DNA of 64,000 nt from a virus. Below the pieces are notes generated by a model. The model was not told where the DNA came from. It ran no database searches and worked only from the letters and a program-made list of their open reading frames with translations. Positions 8,914-17,056 of the stretch are shown piece after piece (position 1 is the stretch's first letter; each line of letters opens with the position of its first letter). Location: IMG/VR virus record IMGVR_UViG_3300021476_000002, positions 16,578 through 80,577 of that record, one strand, 5' to 3'. Position numbers and translations under genes: made by a program.

Positions 8914-9539
8914 TGAGCACTAAGAGCGCAACCGCCCCGGAGATTCTAGCGCGGAGCAATCATGGATACATCTCGGCCCCAGACACGGCGATTCTGGTTC
9001 GTGCGGCTCTGAAGCGGGCGTTCCCGAATGTGAAATTCCGGGTCCGCACTAGCCAGTACAGCATGGGGGCCAGCATCCATGTTGGATGGACGGACGGCCC
9101 GACATCCAAGCAGGTTCAGGCCGTGACCGACCAGTTTGTCGGCGGTCGGTTCGACGGGATGATTGATCTGGCGTACAGCGTGGAGCACTATCTGACCGAC
9201 GACGGGAAGGCGGTTCTCGCGCACAGTCCCGGAACAGTCGGGTCTCGCGGTGTGGACCCAGGATACGAGAACCCTGACTTCAAGGGCATCCTGCCTACGG
9301 TTCACTTCGGCGCGGACCACATCTTCGCCGACCGGACGTACTCGAACGAGGGGCAATTGAAGGCTGATATCGAGGCTTACCTGGAGAAGAACCTGTCGCT
9401 GCCCCCGTGGGAGCCGAACGCAACATATGCGTGGCCGCAGAATTACGTCTGGCAGATCATGAGCAGCATGGACTTCCTCGCCGGGGACACGATTGAGAAG
9501 GCGTTTCGGCGAGAGGTTCTGAGGGAGGAGCAGAAGTGA
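8913..9539 (+). CDS. LPD29 (large polyvalent protein-associated domain 29) family protein
   Basis: VRAALKRAFPNVKFRVRTSQYSMGASIHVGWTDGPT...FDGMIDL signature. Confidence 0.75.
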   Translation: MSTKSATAPEILARSNHGYISAPDTAILVRAALKRAFPNVKFRVRTSQYSMGASIHVGWTDGPTSKQVQAVTDQFVGGRFDGMIDLAYSVEHYLTDDGKAVLAHSPGTVGSRGVDPGYENPDFKGILPTVHFGADHIFADRTYSNEGQLKADIEAYLEKNLSLPPWEPNATYAWPQNYVWQIMSSMDFLAGDTIEKAFRREVLREEQK

Positions 9540-9727
9540 GCCAGCGGCGCGTTCTGTCTATCCCGGAATTCGTCAGGAAACTCCGTGCATTGGCGGAAGA
9601 CGCCGAACACGGAAGGAGCCTAACTCTCCCTAATGGAGCGTTGGTGTCGGCCCTCTTGGGAGGGATTGCCAACGATCTTGAATTGATGCACGAGAAAAGA
9701 CGGCTTCCATCTGGGGAGTGGACGTGA
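9536..9727 (+). CDS. Hypothetical protein
   Basis: GTGA overlap, GGAGGAG RBS. Confidence 0.55.
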   Translation: MSQRRVLSIPEFVRKLRALAEDAEHGRSLTLPNGALVSALLGGIANDLELMHEKRRLPSGEWT

Positions 9728-9781
9728 AGAACAAGCGTTCGGGTATACCCCTTGACAGGGCTACTACGGATGTGGTACGAT
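9728..9781 (+). promoter_or_regulatory. Sigma70-type promoter with SOS box and operator
   Basis: AGAAC-AAGC-GTTCG 9728-41; TTGACA 9752-57, 18 bp, TACGAT; ACTACG-GA-TGTGGT 9763-76. Confidence 0.7.
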
Positions 9782-9809
9782 TAAGGCGGGGAAAGAGAGG
9801 AGGAACCAA

Positions 9810-10406
9810 ATGGCGGTCGTGAGGCACGACGGAACCCGCGAGTACGAAGGGGCAGTCCTGACAACCCGAGAGCGGAATTATCATGACGACAGCGATTTTT
9901 ACGCTGTGGTGTGGAACGGCAAGGCTCTGCGCGAGGTAGAGTACGACACTACACGGTTTGGCGGTGGCGGAACGGCGGAAGTGGATGCCACCGAGGAGAC
10001 CAAAGCAGCGGCGCGGGAATGGCTATACCTGTGGGCGCTGAAGTGGGTTCGGCGAGACGACTTCCTGGAGGTTCGGAGGTTTGCAAAGGGTAAGCGGGTT
10101 CGGTTCGCCGGAGACTTCAAGGGCCGCAAGCAGGGGTTTGTGGCCAACGGCACAGAGGGGACAATCATCTGGACCGGCCCGTCGTACCGGTATCGTGGGT
10201 ATCGGAACAACGTTGATTCGGTCGCGGGTGTGAAACTGGACGGCGGTGATCGTGTGGTCTTCGTGGACATGCTGAAACTGGAGATCATAGGGACCCGCCA
10301 ACTCCGCAAGAAGCCTGAGCAGGTTCGGGAGATGGCGAAGCGGTTGTCCAATGCGGAGATGTGGCACGCGCCGTTCTCCTACGGGCATGGATTGGTGGTT
10401 GTGTGA
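9810..10406 (+). CDS. Hypothetical early protein (possible SH3/KOW-like C-terminus)
   Basis: GAGGAGG RBS; GKRVRF...GTEGTIIW...AGVKLD pattern. Confidence 0.65.
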   Translation: MAVVRHDGTREYEGAVLTTRERNYHDDSDFYAVVWNGKALREVEYDTTRFGGGGTAEVDATEETKAAAREWLYLWALKWVRRDDFLEVRRFAKGKRVRFAGDFKGRKQGFVANGTEGTIIWTGPSYRYRGYRNNVDSVAGVKLDGGDRVVFVDMLKLEIIGTRQLRKKPEQVREMAKRLSNAEMWHAPFSYGHGLVVV

Positions 10407-10609
10407 TGAGCCGGTTCTCTGGCGCTACGGAATTCGTAAAGGTAGCCCTTATCCGTGACGATGCACCGATTGGTCAGACTGCGCCGATGCACTTGGAATG
10501 CCTGTGCGGCGCGGAGGTTCCTGTTCACGGTTCCGAAAACACGTGCGAAAAGTGTGGACGGGTCTATAGCGGCAGCGGATGGATTCTGGGCACACAGGAG
10601 CGTGAGTGA
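10406..10609 (+). CDS. Small zinc-ribbon protein
   Basis: TGATG coupling; CLCG...CEKCG. Confidence 0.55.
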   Translation: MSRFSGATEFVKVALIRDDAPIGQTAPMHLECLCGAEVPVHGSENTCEKCGRVYSGSGWILGTQERE

Positions 10610-10610
10610 G

Positions 10611-10796
10611 ATGGCAACCGCGTTTAAGTCAATAAAGGCTCAGACCTGGAATGAGCGTACCAAGATAGTCAACTTCCTGGTGGCGCGTGGGTACGCGGTA
10701 GAGGTTGTGGAGGGTTATGAATACTACACAATCTTCTACTACGATTCCGGCAAACCTGGAGTTGTTGTTACGCCACCGAACAAGGAAGGAGACTGA
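10611..10796 (+). CDS. Hypothetical protein
   Basis: RBS plus ATG; operon packing. Confidence 0.5.
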   Translation: MATAFKSIKAQTWNERTKIVNFLVARGYAVEVVEGYEYYTIFYYDSGKPGVVVTPPNKEGD

Positions 10797-10797
10797 C

Positions 10798-11040
10798 GTG
10801 GCAACGACTAGGAAAATGTCAACTGTTACGATTCGGGCGGACATCACGCTGTCTTACAGCGCGTGGGAGAAGATCGTGCGGCGGGCAGAGTCGGTTGACC
10901 AGTACGTGACAGACTTACTCTCAAGGGCGCGGAAGTTAGAAGTTCACCGGCTGACCGACGCGGAAGAAAAGCACGAAAAGCAGGTTCGAGATGCGTTTCT
11001 GAGAGGCAAAATTCTTGGCAAGACGGCGGCAAGGCGATGA
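10798..11040 (+). CDS. Hypothetical protein
   Basis: AAGGAG RBS plus GTG; operon packing. Confidence 0.5.
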   Translation: MATTRKMSTVTIRADITLSYSAWEKIVRRAESVDQYVTDLLSRARKLEVHRLTDAEEKHEKQVRDAFLRGKILGKTAARR

Positions 11041-11270
11041 ATGGCTACAGCGGAACCTGTCTTTATTGCGGGAAGCCTGTTGAATTTGCGCCGCGCCCAG
11101 GGTCTTCTCAGCCGCATTGGGCGCACGTTGGAGGAACCCTCTATCTTCGGCGGTGTAGGGAATGTGGGTGGGAAGGGCCTGATGAATATGGTTCAACCTG
11201 CCCGCAATGCGATACAAAATCCCTGGTGGACGATCATGCAGCGTCCCCAGACAGGAGGAAACTGAGATGA
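11037..11270 (+). CDS. Zinc-finger protein
   Basis: CLYCG...H; CRECG...CPQCD. Confidence 0.55.
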   Translation: MNGYSGTCLYCGKPVEFAPRPGSSQPHWAHVGGTLYLRRCRECGWEGPDEYGSTCPQCDTKSLVDDHAASPDRRKLR

Positions 11271-11482
11271 GCAAGGCGCTGAGCACGTTGGCTCTGGTGT
11301 CGTTCATGTTCTTCGCGGTGTTCAAGGGCGCAGAGAACCCGGCGGTGGATGGTGGCGTTCTCTACATGGGCATGGGGCCGTTTGCATCGAAGAATAAGTG
11401 TGAAGTCATTGCATCCGTTCTTGCCAGCATGGAATCCATGTCCGAGTTCCAGTATGTCGGCTGCAAGAGCGTAAACTTTTAG
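11267..11482 (+). CDS. Small membrane-anchored/secreted protein with GPFxSxxxC...C motif
   Basis: AGGAGG RBS; N-terminal hydrophobic helix. Confidence 0.55.
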   Translation: MSKALSTLALVSFMFFAVFKGAENPAVDGGVLYMGMGPFASKNKCEVIASVLASMESMSEFQYVGCKSVNF

Positions 11483-11557
11483 CAGCCATGGGAGCGCATA
11501 GGGCCGGTGTTTATCCGGCCCCTTGCGGTCCTAAAGGGACCAGGGAGGTAAAAGAAC

Positions 11558-11836
11558 ATGGAACCTATTAGCGGGCTAGTGATCTTCGTTCTCGTGGTGG
11601 CTTTGTACTTCTTGCCGAGCATCGTGGCGGCATATCGTGGCGTTATGATCTCGCGCAGGAATGCCATTCAGGTTATAAACCTGTTCTTTGGGTGGACGTT
11701 AATCGGTTGGCTGATTGCCTTGGTCATGGCATTTGAGGCCAAGACAACGAAAGAGTACGAGCGTCATGAGGCCGCAGAAGAGGCCATGATCGAGATGGCG
11801 CAGGCCATGAAGGCACAGGCGGGCTTGCAGAAGTAG
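11558..11836 (+). CDS. imm: Superinfection immunity protein (T4 Imm family)
   Basis: LYFLPSIVAAYRG...IQVINLFFGWTLIGWLIALVMA signature. Confidence 0.88.
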   Translation: MEPISGLVIFVLVVALYFLPSIVAAYRGVMISRRNAIQVINLFFGWTLIGWLIALVMAFEAKTTKEYERHEAAEEAMIEMAQAMKAQAGLQK

Positions 11837-11853
11837 GCAGGGTGTGATATACT
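11825..11853 (+). promoter_or_regulatory. Sigma70-type promoter
   Basis: TTGCAG-17-TATACT with a TGTG extended -10. Confidence 0.55.
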
Positions 11854-11859
11854 TCAGAG

Positions 11860-12030
11860 CGTCGTCTGGGAGGCCGCTTCTTGTTGGCAGAAGAAGCGGC
11901 ACAACGGGGTTCTGCCATGCTCCGAGTCAATAAAGGCTTCAGGCGACTGATTGTTTGAAGGGTCTGGGGATTCTGTTCACACTGTAATCTGTAATTTTGT
12001 TAACACTAAAAAAACCCAGACCCTTGAACT
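11860..12030 (+). ncRNA. Candidate structured RNA/leader (pseudoknot plus long inverted repeat)
   Basis: GCCGCTTC/GAAGCGGC stem whose loop GGCAGAA can pair with TTCTGCC at 11910-16; 11-bp inverted repeat 11958-68/12015-25. Confidence 0.35.
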
Positions 12031-12090
12031 TATACTATCCATGTGCGCCAAGTTATACGTTTCGTACACACCAGTACCAGGGAGGGCACG

Positions 12091-12711
12091 ATGCGGTATT
12101 TCGCAGCGGCAGTCCTGTTCCTGATGGCGTGGCACGTAAATACAATAGACGGTTTCACAATGGATACAATGCCATCAGGGTTACGTCACGTGGATGTGTT
12201 GGCGACAGGCTACAACGCCAACGATGGACAAGAACCGTGTCACACTGTTAGCGGTAAGTGGGTGTGTGGTGATAGGGTGTACGACGGGACGGGTGCCCCA
12301 TACGTTGGGACGATTGCGGTATCCCACGATATGATTCAGTTGATGGGGCACTACGTTTGGGTGAACGGATGGAAGTATGTGGTGCGCGACCTGATGCCGA
12401 ACGCATGGATGGGTCAGGTCTACAGGCACCGCATTGATATCTACTTCGGAACACCGCAGGCCGCAATACGGTGGGGCCAGAAGAAAGTAACGATGTTCAT
12501 TGAGGAAACTCTGTATTCGGGGGCGATGTTTTATGGACAAAATTATCGAGCGGTGGAGGGAACGCCGACTCCAGGAATACCTTGCTTCGATTCGGTCATG
12601 GGACTGGAAGAGCATTCTGTCGGACGCGGAGGCGCAAGGGTCCTGCTTTCTGGGAACTGTGTTCCAACTGGCTCCTTCAGGCAAGTATTGGACCCAATGG
12701 GCACACAGTAA
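12091..12711 (+). CDS. 3D (Asp-Asp-Asp) domain cell-wall-binding/lytic transglycosylase-like protein with signal peptide
   Basis: ATGY...HTVSG...GTIAV...VVRD...RIDIYF...AIRWGQKKV; N-terminal signal sequence. Confidence 0.75.
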   Translation: MRYFAAAVLFLMAWHVNTIDGFTMDTMPSGLRHVDVLATGYNANDGQEPCHTVSGKWVCGDRVYDGTGAPYVGTIAVSHDMIQLMGHYVWVNGWKYVVRDLMPNAWMGQVYRHRIDIYFGTPQAAIRWGQKKVTMFIEETLYSGAMFYGQNYRAVEGTPTPGIPCFDSVMGLEEHSVGRGGARVLLSGNCVPTGSFRQVLDPMGTQ

Positions 12712-12862
12712 TGTCAACCGAGTAGAAGCCGAGAAGGATTCTCTTTACTATGAGGCCCTTGAGTTGGTAGCGGAGGAGCACGGACTTTCCATAACGTCAG
12801 GCGAGGGCGACCCGTGCGACGTATTTGCCTTTCTGTACGATGTCACGCCGGGGCCGGAGTAA
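12533..12862 (+). CDS. Conserved phage hypothetical protein
   Basis: Coherent globular sequence (LAPSGKYW...EALE...GEGDPCDVF) overlapping the tail of the 3D ORF. Confidence 0.55.
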   Translation: MDKIIERWRERRLQEYLASIRSWDWKSILSDAEAQGSCFLGTVFQLAPSGKYWTQWAHSNVNRVEAEKDSLYYEALELVAEEHGLSITSGEGDPCDVFAFLYDVTPGPE

Positions 12863-12865
12863 GAG

Positions 12866-13258
12866 ATGTCGGACACACAGGACACAATCAACGGGAGCGC
12901 CGTCGTGCCGGGCGAGATCATTCCCGAAAAAAAGACGAAACGGCGACCCCCAAGCCGTCCGCAGCGGTGGGCAGAGGCAGTAACGGAGGCGCGGAAGGCG
13001 TTTGATGATATTCATGAGGTACGTGAGGCTCTCTCGCAGGCGTTGGGAGAGTTGCGGAGTATTCAGGAAGAGTACGAATCGTGGCGCGATAACATGCAGG
13101 GGACGAACCTGGAGAATTCTCCGACTTACGAGAAACTGGAGGAAGTGTGTAACATTGACATTGAGGGCGTGGTGGATTCGTCCGACTTGGACGACATCGA
13201 GAATGTCCTGGGAGAAGCGGAAGGTGCTGATCTTCCGCGTGGATTCGGGAACGACTGA
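12866..13258 (+). CDS. Helical acidic hypothetical protein
   Basis: SRPQRW...LRSIQEEYESWRDN...LEEV, coiled-coil-like. Confidence 0.65.
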   Translation: MSDTQDTINGSAVVPGEIIPEKKTKRRPPSRPQRWAEAVTEARKAFDDIHEVREALSQALGELRSIQEEYESWRDNMQGTNLENSPTYEKLEEVCNIDIEGVVDSSDLDDIENVLGEAEGADLPRGFGND

Positions 13259-13358
13259 GGAGGAATGGCGATGGTGCTGCCATGGTTGCCAGGGTGGGTA
13301 GCGGGTGCGATGTACGGCGCACTCTTCGGCGCATTAAAATCAGCGGGCTTGATCTAAT

Positions 13359-13435
13359 CGGGCGGTAGCGCAGTTTGGTAGCGCACATGCCTTGGGCGCA
13401 TGGGGTCACAGGTTCAAATCCTGTCCGCCCGACCA
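13359..13435 (+). tRNA. tRNA-Pro (anticodon UGG)
   Basis: Full cloverleaf: CGGGCGG/CCGCCCG acceptor, GCGC D-stem, CATGC/GCATG with CT-TGG-GC loop, ACAGG-TTCAAAT-CCTGT, ACCA end. Confidence 0.97.
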
Positions 13436-13447
13436 TCCACACTAGCC

Positions 13448-13494
13448 CAAACGTATGTTCGCCTATTGACCGTATACTACACCTGTGGTATGAT
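13448..13494 (+). promoter_or_regulatory. Sigma70-type promoter with SOS-like box and operator
   Basis: CAAAC-GTAT-GTTCG 13448-61; TTGACC-17-TATGAT; ACTACA-CC-TGTGGT 13476-89. Confidence 0.75.
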
Positions 13495-13545
13495 AGGGCT
13501 AACAGCGGAATACTCCCGCTGAATCTGAGGGAGGTGGCTTCAAAG

Positions 13546-13893
13546 ATGCGATACGTGCTTGGAGTTCTGGGAGCGGCAGTCATTCTGTCGCTGAGCGTGA
13601 TTGGCGGATTTGCCGATAGTCGCGGACAGGCGGTTCCTGCCCCGGCTGCCCAACTGCCGAATTGCAGCACGGTGGCGGTTGGAGTCCCGTGTCAGTACAC
13701 TGGTCCCGTTGTGTTGAACGGTATCCCGGTGGTAACCACCACGAACGCGAATGGCGGGAGCGGCAGCACGGGAAGTACTGGTTCGAGCGGCAGCACGGGT
13801 GGCACCAGCGGCAGCGGTAGCGGTAACGGTGGCAAGGGTGGCCGCGATGGCGACGGCAAGGGCCACGACGGCGACGGCAAGGGCAAGGGATAG
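13546..13893 (+). CDS. Secreted Gly/Ser-rich low-complexity protein
   Basis: GGGAGGT RBS; signal peptide, Cys pair, GS-rich linker, GDGKG repeats. Confidence 0.7.
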   Translation: MRYVLGVLGAAVILSLSVIGGFADSRGQAVPAPAAQLPNCSTVAVGVPCQYTGPVVLNGIPVVTTTNANGGSGSTGSTGSSGSTGGTSGSGSGNGGKGGRDGDGKGHDGDGKGKG

Positions 13894-13916
13894 AGGTTTG
13901 GTCTCCGTAGTGCGTA

Positions 13917-13940
13917 GGGGCGGGAAATACCCGCCCTCTC
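13917..13940 (+). terminator. GC-rich hairpin after the Gly-rich gene
   Basis: GGGCGGG-AAATA-CCCGCCC. Confidence 0.5.
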
Positions 13941-14042
13941 GCGGTACGAGACAAAAACGAAACAAGGAGGCGCAATCATGACTCGTGACTATATCCTGAG
14001 TACCCTGATGATCGCCAACACCATCGCTCTGATGTACCTGGG

Positions 14043-14273
14043 GTGGGTGTTGACTACGCTGGCGCACAGGTAATCCCTGTGCTTGGAATCTGTGACAGGT
14101 GTGGCGGGCGGTGGAATGGCGACCCCGAGAAGGTGTTGGACCTTCTCAGCAACCACGAATGCGACCCTGCTAAAGCCAAGGCTGAGCGCGAAAAGGCTGC
14201 GTTATCACGCAAGCAGGAGCAGGCCATGACGGGCGGATACACCAAAAAGAGACGGGGAGTGTTTGGGCGATGA
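14043..14273 (+). CDS. Hypothetical protein (CxxC...HxC zinc finger)
   Basis: CDRCG...NHEC; the true start is probably downstream. Confidence 0.5.
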   Translation: MGVDYAGAQVIPVLGICDRCGGRWNGDPEKVLDLLSNHECDPAKAKAEREKAALSRKQEQAMTGGYTKKRRGVFGR

Positions 14274-14656
14274 TGGATTCCAATTTCTGTATCTGTGGGC
14301 GGGGAATTCGCTGGTATGGCGGGACGGGTGTGTGTTCCCCAACACATGGCGGGTGCGGAATCGAGCCAAACAAATGCTCATGCCTCCCGTCTAGTTTAAC
14401 GATGGTAGCCGAATCCAAGGCGCGGGCTAGGGTTTCCAAAAACCCTATACTAAATACTGGCAACGGCGAGTACACCTATGTTATCAATACCGAGTGTGAG
14501 GGCGCATGGGCGCATGGCAATGAGGTACACGCCGATGAACCAAAACTGTCGGAGATACTTGGGGGGCCGGAGCCAGATGTAGAATTTGTTCCTTTTCCTC
14601 AATGGGGTGAGTACGTCGAAAACTCTGGAGACGGACAGGGAGGGAAACTCGAATGA
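14270..14656 (+). CDS. Hypothetical protein (Cys-rich N-terminus)
   Basis: ATGA coupling to its neighbours. Confidence 0.5.
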   Translation: MMDSNFCICGRGIRWYGGTGVCSPTHGGCGIEPNKCSCLPSSLTMVAESKARARVSKNPILNTGNGEYTYVINTECEGAWAHGNEVHADEPKLSEILGGPEPDVEFVPFPQWGEYVENSGDGQGGKLE

Positions 14657-14880
14657 ATCGGGCGTACCTAGTAAAGAAGTTCGAGCAGCGGAATAGCCGA
14701 TGGGTTTGGACCGGCGAGTATGGCATTTTATGTGCTCCCTGCATCCACGAGGAAAAGGTGAAGGGTGCGAAGCGGGCTACCCGGTCTCAGTTGCAGGCGC
14801 AGTTTGTGCCAGCGCATGTGGTCTCTAAGAGTAACCCTGCTTACTGCGACCAGTGTTGCGAAGCGGTATATGCGGGGTGA
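14653..14880 (+). CDS. Hypothetical protein (two CxxC)
   Basis: GGGAGG RBS; CAPC...CDQC. Confidence 0.55.
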   Translation: MNRAYLVKKFEQRNSRWVWTGEYGILCAPCIHEEKVKGAKRATRSQLQAQFVPAHVVSKSNPAYCDQCCEAVYAG

Positions 14881-14886
14881 AGTAGA

Positions 14887-15195
14887 ATGTGGTTTCTGAT
14901 TATTTTTGCGCTGGCCGTAAAAGTGGGCACGTTGTTCGACACGAACACATGGTTTGGTCCGCCAGTTAACGCGCCCGGTGGTGACGTTGTTGCGGAGCAA
15001 TTGAAGGATTGCCCATGGGGGAATGAGGTGCGGGTGGATGAACAGGGGGTCTGGCATTGCATGGACTACACCAAGCATCATTGGAATACGATCTATCCTC
15101 ACCCAATGACTTGTCCGGGAAGAGAAACGGACGTTACCTGTGTGCCGGGTGGCGGACCAAGGTTTGACGAGGGCCGCGAACATGGCGGACATTAA
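14887..15195 (+). CDS. Secreted Cys-containing hypothetical protein
   Basis: N-terminal hydrophobic signal; four Cys. Confidence 0.5.
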   Translation: MWFLIIFALAVKVGTLFDTNTWFGPPVNAPGGDVVAEQLKDCPWGNEVRVDEQGVWHCMDYTKHHWNTIYPHPMTCPGRETDVTCVPGGGPRFDEGREHGGH

Positions 15196-15496
15196 CTACG
15201 GCAAGCCCGTGGACGGTAGAAAGCCTGTCCTGGCTTTCTGGCATGATCTTGCCGGTGAGGAGAGGCTGTACCTTGCCTGCCTGGGCCAAGTCAAGCGTTG
15301 GAGCAGGTGGGTTGATCTATACGAAGTTCTGGAGGGTGATTTCGCGCATAGGCTGTGCCCTGTCGATGGGGACATGATGCGACACACGCGAGACGCCTTT
15401 CCGTTCATTCGGTGTTATCGGTGCGGGTTTGAGGATGAAGTTTTGGTGTATCTCTGGACTGGAGGGCGTACTGAAGAGGGGGCGTCTTCCTCTTGA
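15182..15496 (+). CDS. Hypothetical protein (CxxD/CxxC)
   Basis: Operon packing. Confidence 0.45.
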   Translation: MADINYGKPVDGRKPVLAFWHDLAGEERLYLACLGQVKRWSRWVDLYEVLEGDFAHRLCPVDGDMMRHTRDAFPFIRCYRCGFEDEVLVYLWTGGRTEEGASSS

Positions 15497-15527
15497 CAGG
15501 GATGTAAATAAAGGCTACAATAGTGGC
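15493..15527 (+). promoter_or_regulatory. Sigma70-type promoter for ku, with degenerate operator
   Basis: TTGACA-17-TACAAT; GCTACA-AT-AGTGGC 15514-27. Confidence 0.65.
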
Positions 15528-16335
15528 AATTGATTTGGGGGGAGTTGGTGTTGTGGCAATGAGGGGGATGAAGGCCGTTCTTACGTTTGGGATGATGGCT
15601 TTTCCGGTGCGTGTTTACGCGGCGACCGAGGAGCATAACATTCCAAAGAAACTGCTTCATGCACCTTGCGGAAACCCCATCAAGGCACCAAGAACATGCC
15701 CCGTCTGTCAAGTAGAGGTATCCTCCTTCGACACGGTATATGGCGTGAAAGTTGGAGATGGATACGTAACACTGACGGAAGACGACCTAGACGCGGGCGA
15801 CGTTGACAAGACCGTGGCTATCGAAGGATTTGCGCCCTTAAGTGTGGTTCCAATCATGCAGAGACAGAAAGTGTACTACCTTGGCCCAGAGCAAGGGGCA
15901 GAGAAGCAGTACGCCCTACTTGCGCGTGTTCTGGCCGAGAAAGGTGTTGTGGGTGTCGGGAAGCGGTACGCGGGTGGCAAGGAGGGTCTGGTCTCAATAG
16001 AGACAGGCCCGAACGGTGTCCTGGTTCTTTGGCACCTGTTCTACTCGGACGAGATGCGTGAGACGGTGGATATCCCACGGTTTCCCGTTGTGCAGTCTGT
16101 TGAAATCTCCGACAAGGAAATGAGCCTTGCGAAGAAACTCTTGGCGGCGTTGCGGCTTGAGCGCCCAATCAAAAAGATCACAGATGAAACAGAGCGACGA
16201 TTGCAGCGTATCATCACAGCGAAGTCGGGTTCAGCCGCAAAGCCAATCGAAGGGCCACGTCCAACGCTGCCAGGAATGGTGGAGTTAGCGGAACAATTGC
16301 AGGCCGCCCTGAAGAATGCGGAGGCACCGATTTGA
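15523..16335 (+). CDS. ku: Ku DNA end-binding protein (NHEJ Ku70/80 homolog)
   Basis: LTFGMMAFPVRVYAATE...CPVC..EV...G....YVTLTEDDL...YYLGP...YALLARVL...LWHLFYSDEMR matches bacterial/phage Ku. Confidence 0.9.
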   Translation: MAIDLGGVGVVAMRGMKAVLTFGMMAFPVRVYAATEEHNIPKKLLHAPCGNPIKAPRTCPVCQVEVSSFDTVYGVKVGDGYVTLTEDDLDAGDVDKTVAIEGFAPLSVVPIMQRQKVYYLGPEQGAEKQYALLARVLAEKGVVGVGKRYAGGKEGLVSIETGPNGVLVLWHLFYSDEMRETVDIPRFPVVQSVEISDKEMSLAKKLLAALRLERPIKKITDETERRLQRIITAKSGSAAKPIEGPRPTLPGMVELAEQLQAALKNAEAPI

Positions 16336-16652
16336 GCGCGGGCGACCCCAGAGGGGTAATGGAGAATGGCATCGGTCATTCTCCCGCCCGTGCGGTTACG
16401 AAGAGAGAGGTTTGTCAGAAATTCGGGGTTAGCCCCGATACGGTAGTGAATTGGATAATCAAGAAGGGAATTCAGTCGGTGGGCGAAAGAAGGTTACGTC
16501 ACGGGCAACGCGCACTACTGTACGACATGAAATTGTTTGATGGCATACAAACAAGGAGGTTGGGTCGGAAAGATAATCCCGTCACAGACGAAACGTGGCG
16601 GCGTTTCAATCAAGTGTGGGATAAAATCTGCAAGGCGGGGGAGGTTTACTGA
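16332..16652 (+). CDS. HTH DNA-binding protein (excisionase/MerR-like)
   Basis: TKREVCQKFGVSPDTVVNWIIKKG. Confidence 0.65.
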   Translation: MSAGDPRGVMENGIGHSPARAVTKREVCQKFGVSPDTVVNWIIKKGIQSVGERRLRHGQRALLYDMKLFDGIQTRRLGRKDNPVTDETWRRFNQVWDKICKAGEVY

Positions 16653-16653
16653 C

Positions 16654-16971
16654 ATGCGAAGTGTGCTAGGTTTTGTTTTGGCAATTCTGGTGTTCGTCAG
16701 TTTCGGAACGGCGTGGGCCGATGTGCCGACAACCACCCAATGCCTCACTGTGGCTACATGCCCTGACCATAACGGCGGTGGCAATGGAGTGAGCGGCGGC
16801 AGCAACGGTGGTTCTGGGGGTTCTGGTGGCGGCGATAACGGCGGTGGCCATCATCACCACAAGGGTCACGACAGGGACCGCGACCGCGACCGCGACAGAG
16901 ACCACAAGGGTCATGATAGGGACCGCGACAGGGACCGTGGAGACGATCACGGCAACGGTCGGGGCGAGTAG
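16654..16971 (+). CDS. Secreted Gly-rich protein with His/Asp-Arg repeat tail
   Basis: Signal peptide ending AWA, Cys pair, G/S linker, HHHH and (DR)n repeats. Confidence 0.7.
   Translation: MRSVLGFVLAILVFVSFGTAWADVPTTTQCLTVATCPDHNGGGNGVSGGSNGGSGGSGGGDNGGGHHHHKGHDRDRDRDRDRDHKGHDRDRDRDRGDDHGNGRGE
16858..16940 (+). repeat. Coding tandem repeats (GACCGC)n and a duplicated CACAAGGGTCAYGAYAGGGACCGCGAC unit
   Basis: Seen directly; encodes HKGHDRDRDRD twice. Confidence 0.8.
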
Positions 16972-16991
16972 TTTTCCAGAACGCAGCGCGT

Positions 16992-17021
16992 TGGGCCGAG
17001 TTAATCACGCACGACTCGGCC
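16992..17021 (+). terminator. GC-rich hairpin
   Basis: GGGCCGAGT...ACTCGGCCC inverted repeat after the Gly-rich gene. Confidence 0.5.
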
Positions 17022-17056
17022 CCTCGTGGTACGGTCAGGAGGATTAGGAGGATACC

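Noticed and set aside
13359-13500. tRNA-Pro as an attachment-site scar or prophage boundary
   Set aside because: The tRNA is intact with CCA, no duplicated 3' end was found in the window, phage-like genes lie on both sides, and no integrase was seen.
12918-13670. 250-aa minus-strand ORF
   Set aside because: It is antisense to real + genes and to tRNA-Pro (the GRTGFEPVTPCAQGMCATKLRYRP stretch is the tRNA read backwards); a shadow ORF.
16858-16940. Short repeats as a possible CRISPR array
   Set aside because: They are contiguous coding hexamers with no spacers. No repeat-spacer array was seen anywhere, and the Cas4-like gene is a solo phage nuclease.
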